DNA from: Euglena gracilis
Lineage: Eukaryota
DNA: 64,000 nt
Direction: 5' to 3'
Assembly (NCBI GenBank): GCA_039621445.1
Contig: CP154954.1
Span: forward strand, 1,984,001 to 2,048,000
Part shown: piece after piece, positions 1 through 12,077 of the stretch
Position numbering within the stretch: position 1 is the stretch's first letter
How the letters are laid out: each line of letters begins with the position of its first letter
Notes under the pieces: generated by a model
What the model was told of the DNA's origin: nothing
The model's database searches: none
Seen by the model: the letters and a program-made list of their open reading frames with translations, nothing else
Position numbers and translations under genes: made by a program

Positions 1-520
1 CTGGCCATTTTGGAACACCCTGTTTTGGCCTAAATGCCCTTAAATGTACTTTAGGGGGGGCGGGGTTGGGCCGAAACCTTGCCGGGACCATAACTTTGGC
101 CCCGTGGCCCGTTTGCCCTTGCTCTAAAAAGTTTTTCTAGGGTTTTTGGGGGTGCTCTCTCCAAAAAACTGCGGGGCTGGGAGTGCCTGGCCATTTTGGA
201 TCACCCTGTTTTGGCCTAAATGCCCTTAAATGTACTTTCGGGGGGCGGGATTGGGCCGAAACCTTGCCGGGACCATAACTTTGGCCCCGTGGCCCGTTTG
301 CCCTTGCTCTAAAAAGTTTTTCTAGGGTTTTTGGGGGTGCTCTTTCCAAAAAACTGCGGGGCTGGGGGTGCCCGGCCGTTTTGGAACACCCTGTTTTGGC
401 CTAAATGCCCTTAAATGTACTTTCGGGGGGCGGGGTTGGGGTCGAAACCTTGCCGGGGCCATAACTTTGCCGGGGCCATAACAATGCACGTTCCGGGGGC
501 GGGGTTAGCCAAAATCTGCT
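1..520. repeat. ~186-bp tandem satellite (about 2.7 units visible, runs off window start)
   Basis: CTGGCCATTTTGGA recurs at 1 and 187, variant near 372; unit contains GGCCCCGTGGCCCGTTTGCCCTTGCTCTAAAAA; same family as 10880-11120 and 16790-18645. Confidence 0.95.
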
Positions 521-551
521 TTTCATTACATTATATAATTAAAGACTGCTT

Positions 552-710
552 TTAATTACAGGCCACGAACACACCTGGCGCTTCAGGTCGACTTCTTCTC
601 TCACTTTTTCTGGGCGATGGACTTGGACTTGCACTCGGACTTGGACTTGCTTGACGGAAGTGGAAGTTTCTTCTTGTAACTTCCTTTTCCTTCCTTGGGG
701 TTCTTGGCAT
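552..710 (-). CDS. Putative first exon of a Helitron-borne gene (MPRTPRKEKEVTRRNFHFRQASPSPSASPSPSPRKS...)
   Basis: Hand translation from ATG at 710; first 10 aa identical to the ORF starting at 18816; same position relative to the element 5' end. Confidence 0.55.
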   Translation of the reverse strand: MPRTPRKEKEVTRRNFHFRQASPSPSASPSPSPRKSERRSRPEAPGVFVACN

Positions 711-1211
711 GTCAGGCCATACCCCTTACTTGGACTGCCCCTGGTGAGAAGAAACTCAATGTTGAAAACGGTGTACTTGCACAAATTTAAAGAATGTGAC
801 TTGACAATGGCCAAAAAAAACACACACCAAAAAGTCCACCACCTTCATTCGGCTCCGTACAATGTCAGCAATGTCAGATGACAACGGGTTTCATCTTCCG
901 CATGTAAAAATAAAAAACCTTAAAAAAACGGAGAGGGCTGCGTCAGCAAATGAGGCAAATTAGGAATTGCCAAAAAGCTATTGGCGAATGCTTTCTTCCT
1001 CTCCGAGCACCGAGCGACGTCAGAGTTTGGGACCGGGCACACAGGATGCACCGTCTCAGCGCCAATCCAACCAACCGGCAGGCGCTCGCCACTTCTCCTC
1101 CTTTGAGGCCAAATGCACCCCTACGCCGAAACTCGCGTCCGCATTCGCACGAACGCGGATTCCCGGCGCGAGCGTAGGGCGTTACATCGCGCCCGTTATA
1201 ATTTAGGGGGA

Positions 1212-1243
1212 CAAGCCGGGAGGCCCGTGCTAACGCACGGGCC
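1212..1243 (-). other. Helitron 3' terminus (hairpin + CTTG)
   Basis: GGCCCGTGC-taac-GCACGGGCC at 1222-1243; minus strand continues 6 nt then CTTG (1215-1212). Confidence 0.85.
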
Positions 1244-1447
1244 AAAGGACAGGGATCGCGCAAGGGTGCGCGAGCTGTACGTCGCGCGCACGGTCGCAGC
1301 AGTTAGGAATTGCGCAGAAGGCGTGGGGTTGTTAGTGTTGCTATTGCGTTGCAGCGTAGGTATTGCAGGTTTCGTCGGGGTTTGTGTTTGCTTTGTGTGG
1401 TGCATGTGTGTCTTGTCTCTTCTGACAGGAGCAGTATGTAGTGGAGG

Positions 1448-4400
1448 ATGTCCGTCGCCGCAGCTGCGGCGGAGGCTGCTGCTGCGGAGAGTGGCGGTGG
1501 AGTGTACGGAGATGGTGGTGGTGTGCTTCGCCTCAGTGATTCATGTCTGCAAGTGAGTGGAACGCAGTGGAACTGAGTGGAACTGATTCACGTGTGGAAT
1601 TGCTGTGGAGCAGTGTGGAAGTGTACAGCAGCAGCAGTGTTGATTGAGAGGACGTTTATTTTGTTACAGCAGCTGCAGAAGAAGGTGCAGCAGAAGTTCC
1701 TTTTGTACCTGGAGAAGGTGGAGAGGAAGCAGCCGGTGTGCGCTTTTGAGTCTTGGCAGCGCATGATGCGGGGTGTTGTATTGAAGTGCAGTGTGTGTAG
1801 TGTGTTGGTTTGAGCAGGTTTTGTTGTTTTTTTTGTAACCGCAGTTGCGGAGGAAGCAGCGGAAGAAGTTCCTCCTGTACCTGGCCAGGGGGGAGCGGAT
1901 GCAGCAGGTGTGTTGTGCTGCTGTACTGTGTTGACAGAAGTTTTCAGCTTTCGATGGGAGCCCGGTTGAAGGGTGTCAGAGACGTGCAAATGAGTGCTCT
2001 GTTTTCGATTTAATCAGCTGCATTTCGGAATGCTTCAGCAGCGTTGCTGAGAGTTGTTGGTTTTTTTTCTGCTGCAGAAGCTGCAGAAGCTGCAGAAGAA
2101 GTTGCTCCTCTACCCGGGGACGGGGGAGTGGTAGCCGCTGGTGTTGTGTTGCTGTAATGAGCTTTGGCTGAAAGCTTGGCTGAAGGAGCTGTGTAATGAT
2201 GTGGTGGAGTGTAGTGTAACGGTGTTGTTGGTGCAGGGCTGTGGTGCTGTTCCAGGGGAGTGAGCATGCCATGTTTTCGATTTAATCAGCTGCAGCGTTT
2301 TGACTGGATGTTCTGCTGTGCCTGTGGCAGCAGCCATGCATGATGTTACGGTTTGGGTTTTATAAGGTGCGCTGGTGAGGGCACGGTTTCAGTGGGTTTT
2401 CGGGTTTTTTGTTGTACCAGGAGCCGTAGAGGAAGCTGCGGCAGAAGTTGTTCCTGTGCTCGGGGATGGCAGAGCGGCAGCTGCTGGTGTGTTCTGCTGG
2501 TGCAATGTGTTGTGAGCAGTTTTGACTGACTGCATGCTTGAAGGAGCTGTGTAGGGTTCTGGTCATGTGCAACAGTGGGGTTGTTCCAGGGCTGTGGTGC
2601 TGTTTGTTGTTCCAGGGGGTGAAGATGCTGTAGCCCCTGTTGCAGAGGATGCACATCCTGCAGCAGCAGCTGCAGAGGGTGCAGGTGTGGGGTGGAATGC
2701 TTTGTCTTACTGAGCAGATGTAGTGGAAACGTGTGAGGAAGTTTTTGGGGGTTGCAGTGGTGGGAGCAAGTTTTCCATGCCGATTTGTTATCGTAGTTGC
2801 GGAAGCAGCTGTGGAAGATGTTGATGATGCTGTACTTGAAGGAGTGGAAGATGTGGATGGGGAGCGGCGGGAGCTGCGTCGGCGCCTGCGCAAGGGAACG
2901 CCGCAGCAGAACCTTGGTTTACCGGGTGTGGCTTTGATTTCCCTTTCCTTTTCCCTTGAGGTTCGCTTTTCGTTTGAGGTTGTGCTGGGAATTGAGGGGT
3001 GTGAGGGGTGGTGCTGTGTGGTGTTGTGTAGGGGGGGAAGTGGATTTTTTTGCGCGCAGGATCGAAGCGGAGGCGGCAGCTGGCGGCGCAGCGGGCTGCG
3101 GAGGAGGAGGCGGTGGTGGAGGAGCCGCCAGTGGGAGACGGTATGTTTCGTTTGTAGCGCGAGGTACGTAGGGTGGATAGTGCCGTTCCATGGGTGTTAG
3201 TCAGGTGTGTGTCTCTGTCTCTGGATATTATGTGTTACGCAGGGCTGGACCGGCGCCTGTGTGAGGCGCTGGTGGCGGTGCTGGACCTGCTGCCGGAGGA
3301 GCAGCGCGGTACGGCGGAGGAGCGGGGGCTGGCTGCGGGGCCGCTGGCCCAGCTGGTGCGGGAGCGGCTGCTCAAGAATCTTCAAAGGGTTGGATGGGGT
3401 TTGGAGGGTGTTTGGAGGGAGCTTGGAGGGAGTTTGAGGGCTTTGGAGGGAGTTTGTGGGGTTGGGATTTGAGAGTTGGGGTTTGCGCCGCTGTGACGCG
3501 GAAGATTTTTGTTTCTAAACGCGCTGGGGGAGCGCATCGTGGCCCAGGGTCAGGGGGACACGGCGGCGTACGTGGCGGCGATCGGCATCCGCAAGCAGCC
3601 TTGTTTTCAGAGGAGCTGATTAAATCAATGGGGACGGTTTCTATTTTGATGGTGTTTGTGTATTGGTGATTGACTGGGAAGCAGAGGAACTCCAGAAAAG
3701 TTGGTTAAATCGGTGGTCATTGTTTCCATTCTGTTGGCAGGGCATTGTTGGCAGGGTAATTGCAGTGTGCTGATTAAATCAGTGGGGAGTGTTTTCTTTA
3801 TGATGGTGTTTGTATTGCCCAGAGAAGCTGATTAAATCAGCGGTCCGAATTTCCATTGCGTTTTTAAGGGAATTGCATTGTGCTGGGGGGCGACGGTGTT
3901 TGTAAGTGTTTTCAGTTTGTATCTTGAGAATTGCTTCTTTATTGAAGGTGAGGCTGCTGCTGACGACTACTACTTCCCCGCCCTGGACGCCTACAGCGCC
4001 ATCCGGCCGAGGCTGCGGGCGGCGAAGGACATCCTCCACCGCCATAAGCGCGGCGAGGGGCCGGTCCCGCAACGTATGCCCCTGTTGTGTGTAAGTTTGT
4101 GTCTTTTGTATGTGTGGTTCCTTTTCTTCTGCTGTATTTATAGTCACTCTGTATTTACAGTGGGTCATGCCACACTTGACGTTTCTTGATTTCTCTTTCT
4201 TTTCAGGCTGTGTGCGGCAGGCGGCCGCAAGCAGCAGTACAGCGACGGGCGCAGCGCTGGCCTGCAGACAGGCTGTCTTTTGTAGTTTGTTGCATTAGAA
4301 CTTGGGAGTGCAAACGGAAGGACTGAGAATAATAGGAATTGATTGTAGTTGTAGTTGTTGATTGTAATTGTCAGTAGTTCAGCGTCCCGATTGCTGGCAG

Positions 4401-6296
4401 CAAGAGACAGCCTGTGGTTGGGCATTACTTTGTTCTGGCGCTGGGCCAGCGGCACTGCGTGGTGTACAGGTCAGGCCTTTTTTTAGCTGGGATGTTTTCT
4501 TGGGGGGGGGTGATGCGGGTGTCTTGGCTGACGTTAAAAGGGGGGGGGGGGCTGACGTGTGGTCTGAGCTGGCCCCGGTGGACCCCCTGGGCACGGCGGG
4601 GGCGGCGAAGCTGGCGGGGCTGCTGCTGGCGGAGCAGCGGCGGGAGGTGGCCTCGCTGCTGCTGTGGCCGCGGTACGACGGGGACACCGAACAGTTTTCT
4701 TCAGATTTGTGCCGGAAAGAGGAATTATTTTTGTTCTTTTTCGTTCTTTTGTTGCCGCAACAGATGAAAGAATTGCAGAAGTGCAGAAGTTCCTAGGTGG
4801 AAAAGCGAATTACTTCAGACGCCTGCTACCGGTTTCGAGTTGCATTGCGCTGAATGAGGAATGGAACGGCCTTTTTTTTCTGTGTCAGTGTTTAGTAATG
4901 GGAGGAAAACTGGAGGAGAGACGTGCGGCTTCGTCGCGGCGCGGCTGGCGGCGGCGATGATGGCGGTCCCCGAGGAGCAGTGGGCGATGGTGGCGGCGCA
5001 GCGGGAGCGCTACGCCACCACCGTGGCGGAGGCGGAGGAGTTTGGTGCGGGCTGCGGAGGAGTACTTGGAGAAGGCCCCGCGGTACGGGAGGGGTGTCGA
5101 CGGTAGGCGGCGTTCAGCGTGCTGGAAATGTCTGGAGTTGGATGGCGGGTGTGGAGTGTGGTTAGGGTTGTGATATTTGTGGAGTTGGGTGGTGAGAACA
5201 ATCAGCACGCTGTTGTTGGCAGCCGAACTACCACCCGGGAGCGACGCAAACAGGGTTTTTTTTTTTGTGAGAGATGATGTGCAAAAGTGGGGGGGTTTCT
5301 GGGTTAGGCTGTCACTTCCCTCCCCCTCTGTGCTGTGTTCACTGCTGGGTGTGAAAAAACCCTGGGCACAGCGGGTGGTGAGCCTGCTGCTGCGGGAGCC
5401 GCTTGCGCGGGCAGGGGATTCCTGTGGAATCAGGAAGTTCACTTCCTGGTTTTTTTTTTTTTTTCTGCTTTTTGAGAGACGTTGAAAACCAATGGGAAGC
5501 ATGGGAACAATGTGGGAACAATTTGTGACGATTTCAGCCTGTGCGCCAACTGGGTTTTTCTTTTGCATTGCTTTTGTTGGTTCTCTTTATGTCTTCGGAA
5601 TGAATTCCTGTTGTTGTGCGCTGCGAGCGGTGGTGACGTACCTTCGGGGCGCGCCGCTGAGCGAGCTGGCGCGCGTGCGGTATGCTGCTGCGATTGTTGT
5701 TTGGGCCTGTTTTTGGTGTTGTTGTTGTTATTGTTGTTTGCCCGCATCTTGTAGTTGCTCGCGTTTGCTTTGAATGTATTTTTTCTCGTGCCCTGATTAG
5801 CTGATTAAATCAGTGAATGTTGCTCGTGAACTGAAAAGCTGATGCAATCGATGATCCTGAAAAGCTGATTAAATCGGTGACCCCGAAAAGCTGATTAAAT
5901 CGGTGACCCTGAAAAGCTGAGTAAATCGGTGACCCTGAGAAGCTGATTAAATCGGTGACCCTTAAAAGCTGAGTCAATCGGTGCCCCTGAAAAGCTGATG
6001 AAAGTGGTGACCCTGAAAAGCTGATTAAATCGGTGAATCACCTGATCCTAATTCTCTGTTTTTTTGTCTCACAGGGGCAGCGGCTGCCTGCACGGCGTGG
6101 ACTTCGAGACGGCGGAGTTGGTGTGTCGGGGTCAGGCCTTTGCTTAGGAAGTTGCAACCCCCACCCGTGCGCGGAAGTGTGCTTTTGTGTTCCCCAGGTG
6201 GGTTTTAATGAAATGCCTGGCTGGGGTGTGCGGGGCAACCCCGTCGGCATGTACGTCGTCTACACGAAGTGGTGGGAAGGAGGAACGAAGCTTTGA
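1448..6296 (+). CDS. Multi-exon cargo gene of unknown function, antisense to RepHel (copy 1); exon structure only partly resolved
   Basis: GC-rich exon islands between T/G-rich introns: MSVAAAAAEAAAAESGGG, ERRELRRRLRKG, GLDRRLCEALVAVLDLLPEEQR, DDYYFPALDAYSAIRPRL, ETCGFVAARLAAAMM, GWGVRGNPVGMYVVYTKWWEGGTKL*. In-frame GT-AG intron 3141-3242. Pyrimidine tract + AG ending at 1428 just before the ATG. Confidence 0.6.
5830..6035. repeat. ~26-bp tandem repeat GAAAAGCTGATTAAATCGGTGACCCT (about 8 units; copy at ~23872-24077)
   Basis: Directly visible contiguous units with no unique spacers. Confidence 0.9.
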
Positions 6297-6639
6297 CCGT
6301 ACACCGTGACGCCGTGAGTACACTGTGAACGGTACCCCACTGTCCGCTGTGTGTACACTCTCCCTGTGGACCCTGAACCATGGACCCTGTCTTCCAACCC
6401 CTCCAGACCATCTCCAGACCACCTGTGCTGTACACCAGACTTCTCCTCTTCCGTGTACCTCTTCCCTGTACCCTCTTCCCTGTAACCTTCCCTGTACGCT
6501 GTGCACCTGCAAGTATTGCTTCAAATGAGTTTGACTTTGCAAATTATGTGGAAATGCAACTTTTTCTCTGAGTGGCCGAAACCCCCGGGGGGGGGGGGGA
6601 GTGACTGACGGGCGTCTCCCAAAAAAAGTGACTCACTCA

Positions 6640-8990
6640 TTTTACCTGGCCTCCTAACCCCCCCCGGGGTGGGTAAGCAATTGTATGGGTCCGTTGTCCG
6701 ATGAAGCTCGCCGTGGAGACTGCGGAACCTCGCACCGGAAAGACGCTGCTGGGGGTCTGCAGCACGGACGTCTTGACGTCGTCAGGTTGATCAGGCGTAT
6801 GGATTTGCTCGTGCTCGTGGTCGTGTGTATTCGCAGGGCAAAAATAGGTGGTCGTCTGGGTCTGGTTCGAGCCCCGGACAGGGACCAATCGCAGGGCAGA
6901 AATAAGGGGTCGTCCGGAGCAGGTCCGTGTTGACGTCGTTCCCGCCGTTTAGGCCGATGAACTTCGCCGGCTTGCACGCGGACGTCCGGAAAGGCGAAAA
7001 GGCTTTTTTTTCCGTGGTCGTCCGTGTCGTCGTGAAGGCCGATACAGCTGGTCAACGTACTGGCGGTGGTCCGTGAAAAGAATTTTTTTCCTGTCGCAAC
7101 CCTGTGTACACCCTTTCCTCATAAGTGACGGACGCACGGTTACGTGCGGCTCTGGATATCATCCGTCCTCACGTCCTGGTGAACGCCAGCTCGGGGAAGT
7201 GGTATGTGTAAACCACATTCTGGCTTCGCAGAAAAGCTGATTAAATCAATGGGGGCCTTCTGGCAAAATCCGTTCCGGCATGCCAATGCCAATGCCAATG
7301 CCAATGCCAAAAGCTGTTTGAATCGTTGGGGAGCATTTTTGAACATGCCTTTGAATCTGTGTGCATACAAAGGGTCCAACGCATACAAAGCGTCCAACGA
7401 ACTACTTGCCGGCATCGCAGAAAAAGCTGATTAAATCAGTGGGGGCCTTCCAGCAGAATGCGATGCCATGCCATGACATTTTTTGACATTTTTGAAAGCG
7501 GTGATTGGTCACCACCGGGCCGGCCAAATGGTAAGATGCTCATCCGCCGTCCCTGCAGACGCGGTTCGAGCCCCAGACGGAGACCATTCGCAGGGCAAAA
7601 ATAAGTGGTCGTCTGGATCTGGTTCGTCCTCAAGTCCGTGTCGTCGTGGACGTCGATGAACCTTGGCGGTGCGGTGAAAAGGATTTTTTCCCTGTCAGTA
7701 CGCTGTGTGTAACCTTCGCTGTCCTCACGTCTTCGTATTCGCCAGCCCGGTCAAGTGGTAAGATGCTCTGCCGCCGTCCCTGCGGACGCGGTTCGAGCCC
7801 CGGACAGGGACCATGCGCAGGGAAGAAATAAGTGGTCGTCCGGAGCAGGTCCGTCTTGACGTCGTTCCCGCCGTTCAGGCCGATGAACTTCGCCAGCTTG
7901 CAGGCGGACGTCCGGAAAGGCGAAAAGGCTTTTTTTCCGTGGTCGTGTGTGCGGCGGTTTGAAGCCATGCGAAAAAAGCTGATTAAATCATGTGTTCTTT
8001 TTTCGAAATTTCCGCATGCCGACGAAAAGCTTTTTTTTTCGTGCTTGTGTGTGCAGGGGTCTGAACACGGTTCGAACCTCGGACACCACGGACCACGGAC
8101 ACGGTCGGACACCACGGACCACGGACCATGAACAGCACGGACAGGGTTCGAACCTCGGACAGGTACCATTTACAGGGCAGAAAGAAGCGTTCGTCATCCG
8201 CCGTCCCTGCGGACGGGGTTCGAGCCCCGGACAGGGACCATTCGCAGGGAAGAAATAAGTGGTCGTCTGGATCTGGTTCGTCGTCACGTCCGTGTCGTCG
8301 TGGATGCCGATGAACCTTGTCAGCGTGCAGGCGGTCTGGTGAAAAGGATTTTTTCTCTGTCACCACGCTGTATGTACCCTTCCCTGTCCTCACCTCTTCG
8401 TATTCGCCAGCCCGGTGCAGTGGTAAGAAGATGCTCCGCCGCCGTCCCTGCGGACGCGGTTCGAGCCCCGGACAGGGACCATTCGCAGGGAAGAAATAAG
8501 TGGTCGTCCGGAGGAGGTCCGTCTTGACGTCGTTCCCGCCGTTCAGGCCGATGAACTTCGCCAGCTTGCAGGCGGACGTCCGGAAAGGCGAAAAGGCTTT
8601 TTTTCCGTGGTCGTGTGTGCGGCGGTTTGAAGCCATGCGAAAAAAGCTGATTAAATGATGTGTTCTTTTTTCGAAATTTCCGCATGGCGACGAAAAGGTT
8701 TTTTTTCCGTGCTTGTGTGTGCAGGGGTGTGAATATGGTTCGAACCTCGGACACCACGGACCACGGACACGGTCGGACACCACGGACCACGGACCACGGA
8801 CACCACGGACAGGGTGCGAACGTCGGACAGGGACCATTTACAGGGCAGAAATAAGTGCTCGTCCGGAGCAGGTCCGTGTTGACGTCGTTCCCGCCGTTCA
8901 GGCCGATGAACTTCGCCAGCTTGCAGGCGGACGTCCGGAAAGACGAAAAGGTTTTGTTTCGTGTTCGTGTGCGCGGGGGTATGAAGGGCC
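6640..8990 (-). repeat. Tandem array of ~190-nt exon-like units (KLAKFIGLNGGNDVKTDLLRTTTYFFPANGPCPGLEPRPQGRR...), truncated by the deletion
   Basis: Repeated unit with strongly G/C-ending codons in one minus frame; copy of 24680-27031. Confidence 0.7.
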
Positions 8991-9939
8991 CCTGGAGGGA
9001 AGAGGCTCGCTGCACCTGCTGTCGGCGCTGCCGTCGCGCACGCTGCAAGCGCCGGTGCCAGTGCACTTGCACGTGCAGTCACCAAATTCACTGAAACGAA
9101 GAGCCTTCCTTTCACAACGGCACAAACAGCCGCATCAAAAACCACAGAAACAAAAACAGGGGGAAAAAGTCACACCTACAAACCCAAAGCAGCAGCAGTG
9201 ACAGGCAATGAATTGGCTCCCTTCAGCTTCAACAACAAAAACAGAGGAAAAAAGTCACAGCTACAAAAACAAAGCAGTGAGAGCCAATAAATTCGATCCC
9301 TTCAGCTTCAATGAATGCACGTCCAGCTGGCAACGTCACCGTCGTTGAGGCCGCTGCTGACAACCATGCAGGAGCACTAATGCAAAATCCAAAATGCAAA
9401 CGACCGTCTAAAAAAACCCGATTAAAACGGCATTTTGGGTTTTCTCTTTTGCATCTGAAGAAAGCTGATTAAATCATTCTTGGGTTTCTGTCGCTCTTCC
9501 TTTCTCTGTTCCCTCTCTGTTATTTGGTTATCGCATGCAATACAGCACGATTGTTCACCGGCGACGGACAACAGGTCTGCTATTTCTGCTAGTTTTGTTC
9601 AACAATATCACTGCTACAATTCCTTTTACCATTCAAATGAAGAATATTACAAAACCCCCAAAGCCCCAAAAAAGTAATAACCCAAAAAAAATACAAAAGA
9701 ACATCAACAAAAAGAACCCCTACAGCCTGCAATCGTCCTGGAGGCTGCCCCCCACGCACAGCCGCCGCCGCTGCCCCGGTCGACGGCGTGGTGGACGATG
9801 ACGCCTCCTCATCTGCAAAGAGAGAGTAAGACATTAAGAGAGAGCACCTACACAGGTCTTTTCCAAAAAAAACAATTAAAACGTCCAGCAGCAATTTTGG
9901 GACACTGTGACTTGAGACGAAGAGAAACAATATCCTGGC

Positions 9940-10870
9940 AAATGCAGTGGCAAATCCTCAATGTTTGCCCCAGCTTCCAAAGCGATCAGAGCAGGGCCGT
10001 GGTGATGGGTGCAGCCATCACCGTGACCTCCGCGTGTAGGAACAACCTGCGCAGAAGAGAGAAAACACCGCACAGACAAAAACACAGAAACACGTCACCC
10101 AACTGCACAAACCTCAAACGCCCTGTGGTTGTTAGCCCTTGCTCTGCTGACAAACAACACGCGAAGTGGCAAATCCTCAATGTTTGCCCCAGCATCCAAA
10201 GCGATCAGAGCAGCACCATGGTGATGGATACAGCCATCTTGGTGAGCTCGGCGTGCAAGAACAACCTGCGCAGAACAGAGAAAACACCGCACCTCACCCA
10301 ACTGCACACACAGTCAAACACTGCACAAACCTCAAATCTGTGCCTGTCTGAAACAGGTGCGGAGACGTGCGGTTTCATTGCTCCGTAAACAGCAATGTAG
10401 AGGAGCTGGTGCGGCGCATGGAGGAGCACCTACAGAAGTCTTTTTGAAAAACAAACCTTAAAACCTCGAGCAGCAATTTCAAAACAGGGCGATGATTTAA
10501 TCAGCACCATGTCCAGCCAACCACAAACTACAACGCACAAAAAAGTGAACTGAACAAAAAAGAGATACGCCGTACGCGAAGTGGCAAATCCTCAATGTTT
10601 GCCCCAGCATCCAAAGCGATCAGAGCAGGGCCATGGTGATGGGTACAGCCATCTTGCAAGAACAACCTGCACAGAACGGAGAAAACACCGCAGAAAAACG
10701 TATCACCCAACTGCACACACAGTCAAACACTGCACAAACCTCAAAGGTGCGCCTCTCTTCCCTGGTTAAAACACGTGCGGAGACGTGCGGTTTCATCGTC
10801 GCTCCGCAAACAGCAATGCGAAGGAGCTGGTGCGGCGCACGGAGGACACACACCCACACACTGCACACAC
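9940..10870. repeat. Degenerate triplication (GTGGCAAATCCTCAATGTTTGCCCCAGC...), possibly duplicated minus-strand exons (HHHGPALIALDAGANIEDLP)
   Basis: Copies start near 9947, 10166 and 10581. Confidence 0.75.
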
Positions 10871-10879
10871 TGCTCTCGT

Positions 10880-11120
10880 TCCAAAATGTACATTCGGGGG
10901 ACCTTGCCAGGGCCACAACTTTGGCCCCGTGGCCCGTTTGCCCTTGCTCTTAAAATTTTTTCTGGGATTTTTGGGGGTACTCTTTCCAAAAAAACTGGGG
11001 GCTGGGGCTGGTTGGCCAGTTTTGGACATCCAGTTTTGCCTAAATGCTCCAAAATGTACATTCGGGGGGTTTGGTTGGGGCCGAAACCTTGCCGGGGCCA
11101 TAACTTTGGCCCTGTGGCCC
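10880..11120. repeat. 1.3 units of the ~180-bp satellite
   Basis: GGCCCCGTGGCCCGTTTGCCCTTGCTCT and AATGTACATTCGGGGG match the array at 16790-18645. Confidence 0.9.
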
Positions 11121-11477
11121 GTGATTTAATCAGCTCCAACTTGGACTTGCCAGCCAATTAGCTGCGCTGGAGGAGTACCTGCACATGGCTGCAGAAGCAC
11201 ATTTCAAAATTTTTCCAAAAAACCAAAAAACAGAAAATGTCTTTTCCAAAAAAACAAAAAAAAAACAGCTCGAGCTGCCTGCTGCATGTTTCCCAATTTC
11301 CCAAACCCACGGACCGAAAACCACATCACGCCAGCCAAACGCAGAGGAAGAAAAAAGTGAACCACAAAACACACCATTGTCAAACAATCTTCTTCTCACT
11401 GCTCTCCCTTCGAATTCTTCTGCACCTGAGGAGGGATATAATAAAGAAATAAATGTACGCCTTTCACTTGCCAGCAC

Positions 11478-11636
11478 ACCAAAAGCTTCATTCCATGTTC
11501 TGGAGGGAACATGCTGCCGCGGCGACCGTCGCGGTGTAGAATCTTGACTCGGACTTCTCCGACTGTCGGGAGTTCCGGGAGATCGTGGTGAACAGTATCT
11601 CTCCCTTTCCTTCCTCTCCTTCCCCTTCTTTGTCAT
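11478..11636 (-). CDS. Putative first exon of element C gene (MTKKGKERKERER...SPRSP...SRTWNEAFG)
   Basis: Shares SRTWNEAFG and basic/SP-rich composition with the exon at 18816; 3' boundary approximate. Confidence 0.5.
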
Positions 11637-12044
11637 CGCTCCATCCGGACTTCTCCGCCACCTGTAAACAATCATGATCGATCAGTGTTGCTGTCCACGT
11701 GCAAACCTGCGCGCTGCGCTCTCATTCTCGCTCACATCAACTCAAATTCGTTCATGGCGAACCGCTGTGAGAAAAACGGGAGGGATACAAAAACCCGTAA
11801 GGCATCGCCCGACCCCGCGCTCCGGCATCGACCGAATTTAACGGGTATCTCACGCCAGACGCCAAAGCACGATTTCGGACCCCGGTCAGCGGACGCAGCG
11901 TCCGATCGGCCACCGATCGGGACCTCCGGCCCCGGCCCACGCGCCCGGGTTGTGGGCAAAACCCCCCCTACGGGCCCGGAACGCGACGGAATCGCGGGAG
12001 TCGCGTAGCGGAATGATTACAGGGCTCCGGTTATGGTAGGGGGA

Positions 12045-12077
12045 CAAGCGGCGGGGGCCCGTGCTGACGCACGGGCC
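12045..12077 (-). other. Helitron 3' terminus (hairpin + CTTG)
   Basis: GGCCCGTGC-tgac-GCACGGGCC at 12056-12077, 7 nt, CTTG. Confidence 0.8.

Larger units (their letters stand above)
1..1211 (-). mobile_element. Helitron D, 5' portion (continues beyond window start)
   Basis: Minus strand begins TCCCCCTAAATTATAAC directly after the CTTG end of element C; 960-1211 is a diverged homologue of 19009-19246; followed by an MPRTPRKEKE exon and the satellite, as in element B. Confidence 0.7.
1212..12044 (-). mobile_element. Helitron C, non-autonomous internal-deletion derivative of element A
   Basis: 1235-8990 nearly identical to 19271-27031; 8988-9831 nearly identical to 37590-38433; 5' end TCCCCCTACCATAAC at 12044; 3' hairpin-CTTG at 1212. 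Confidence 0.85.

Noticed and set aside
5830-6035. CRISPR-like array of 26-bp repeats
   Set aside because: Units are contiguous with no unique spacers, no cas genes, eukaryotic intron context
7860-7910. SWIB/MDM2 domain suggested by KLAKFIG
   Set aside because: Only a 7-residue resemblance; downstream SWIB features are absent
9950-10630. Ankyrin repeats suggested by LDAGANIE
   Set aside because: No TPLH motif or 33-aa periodicity
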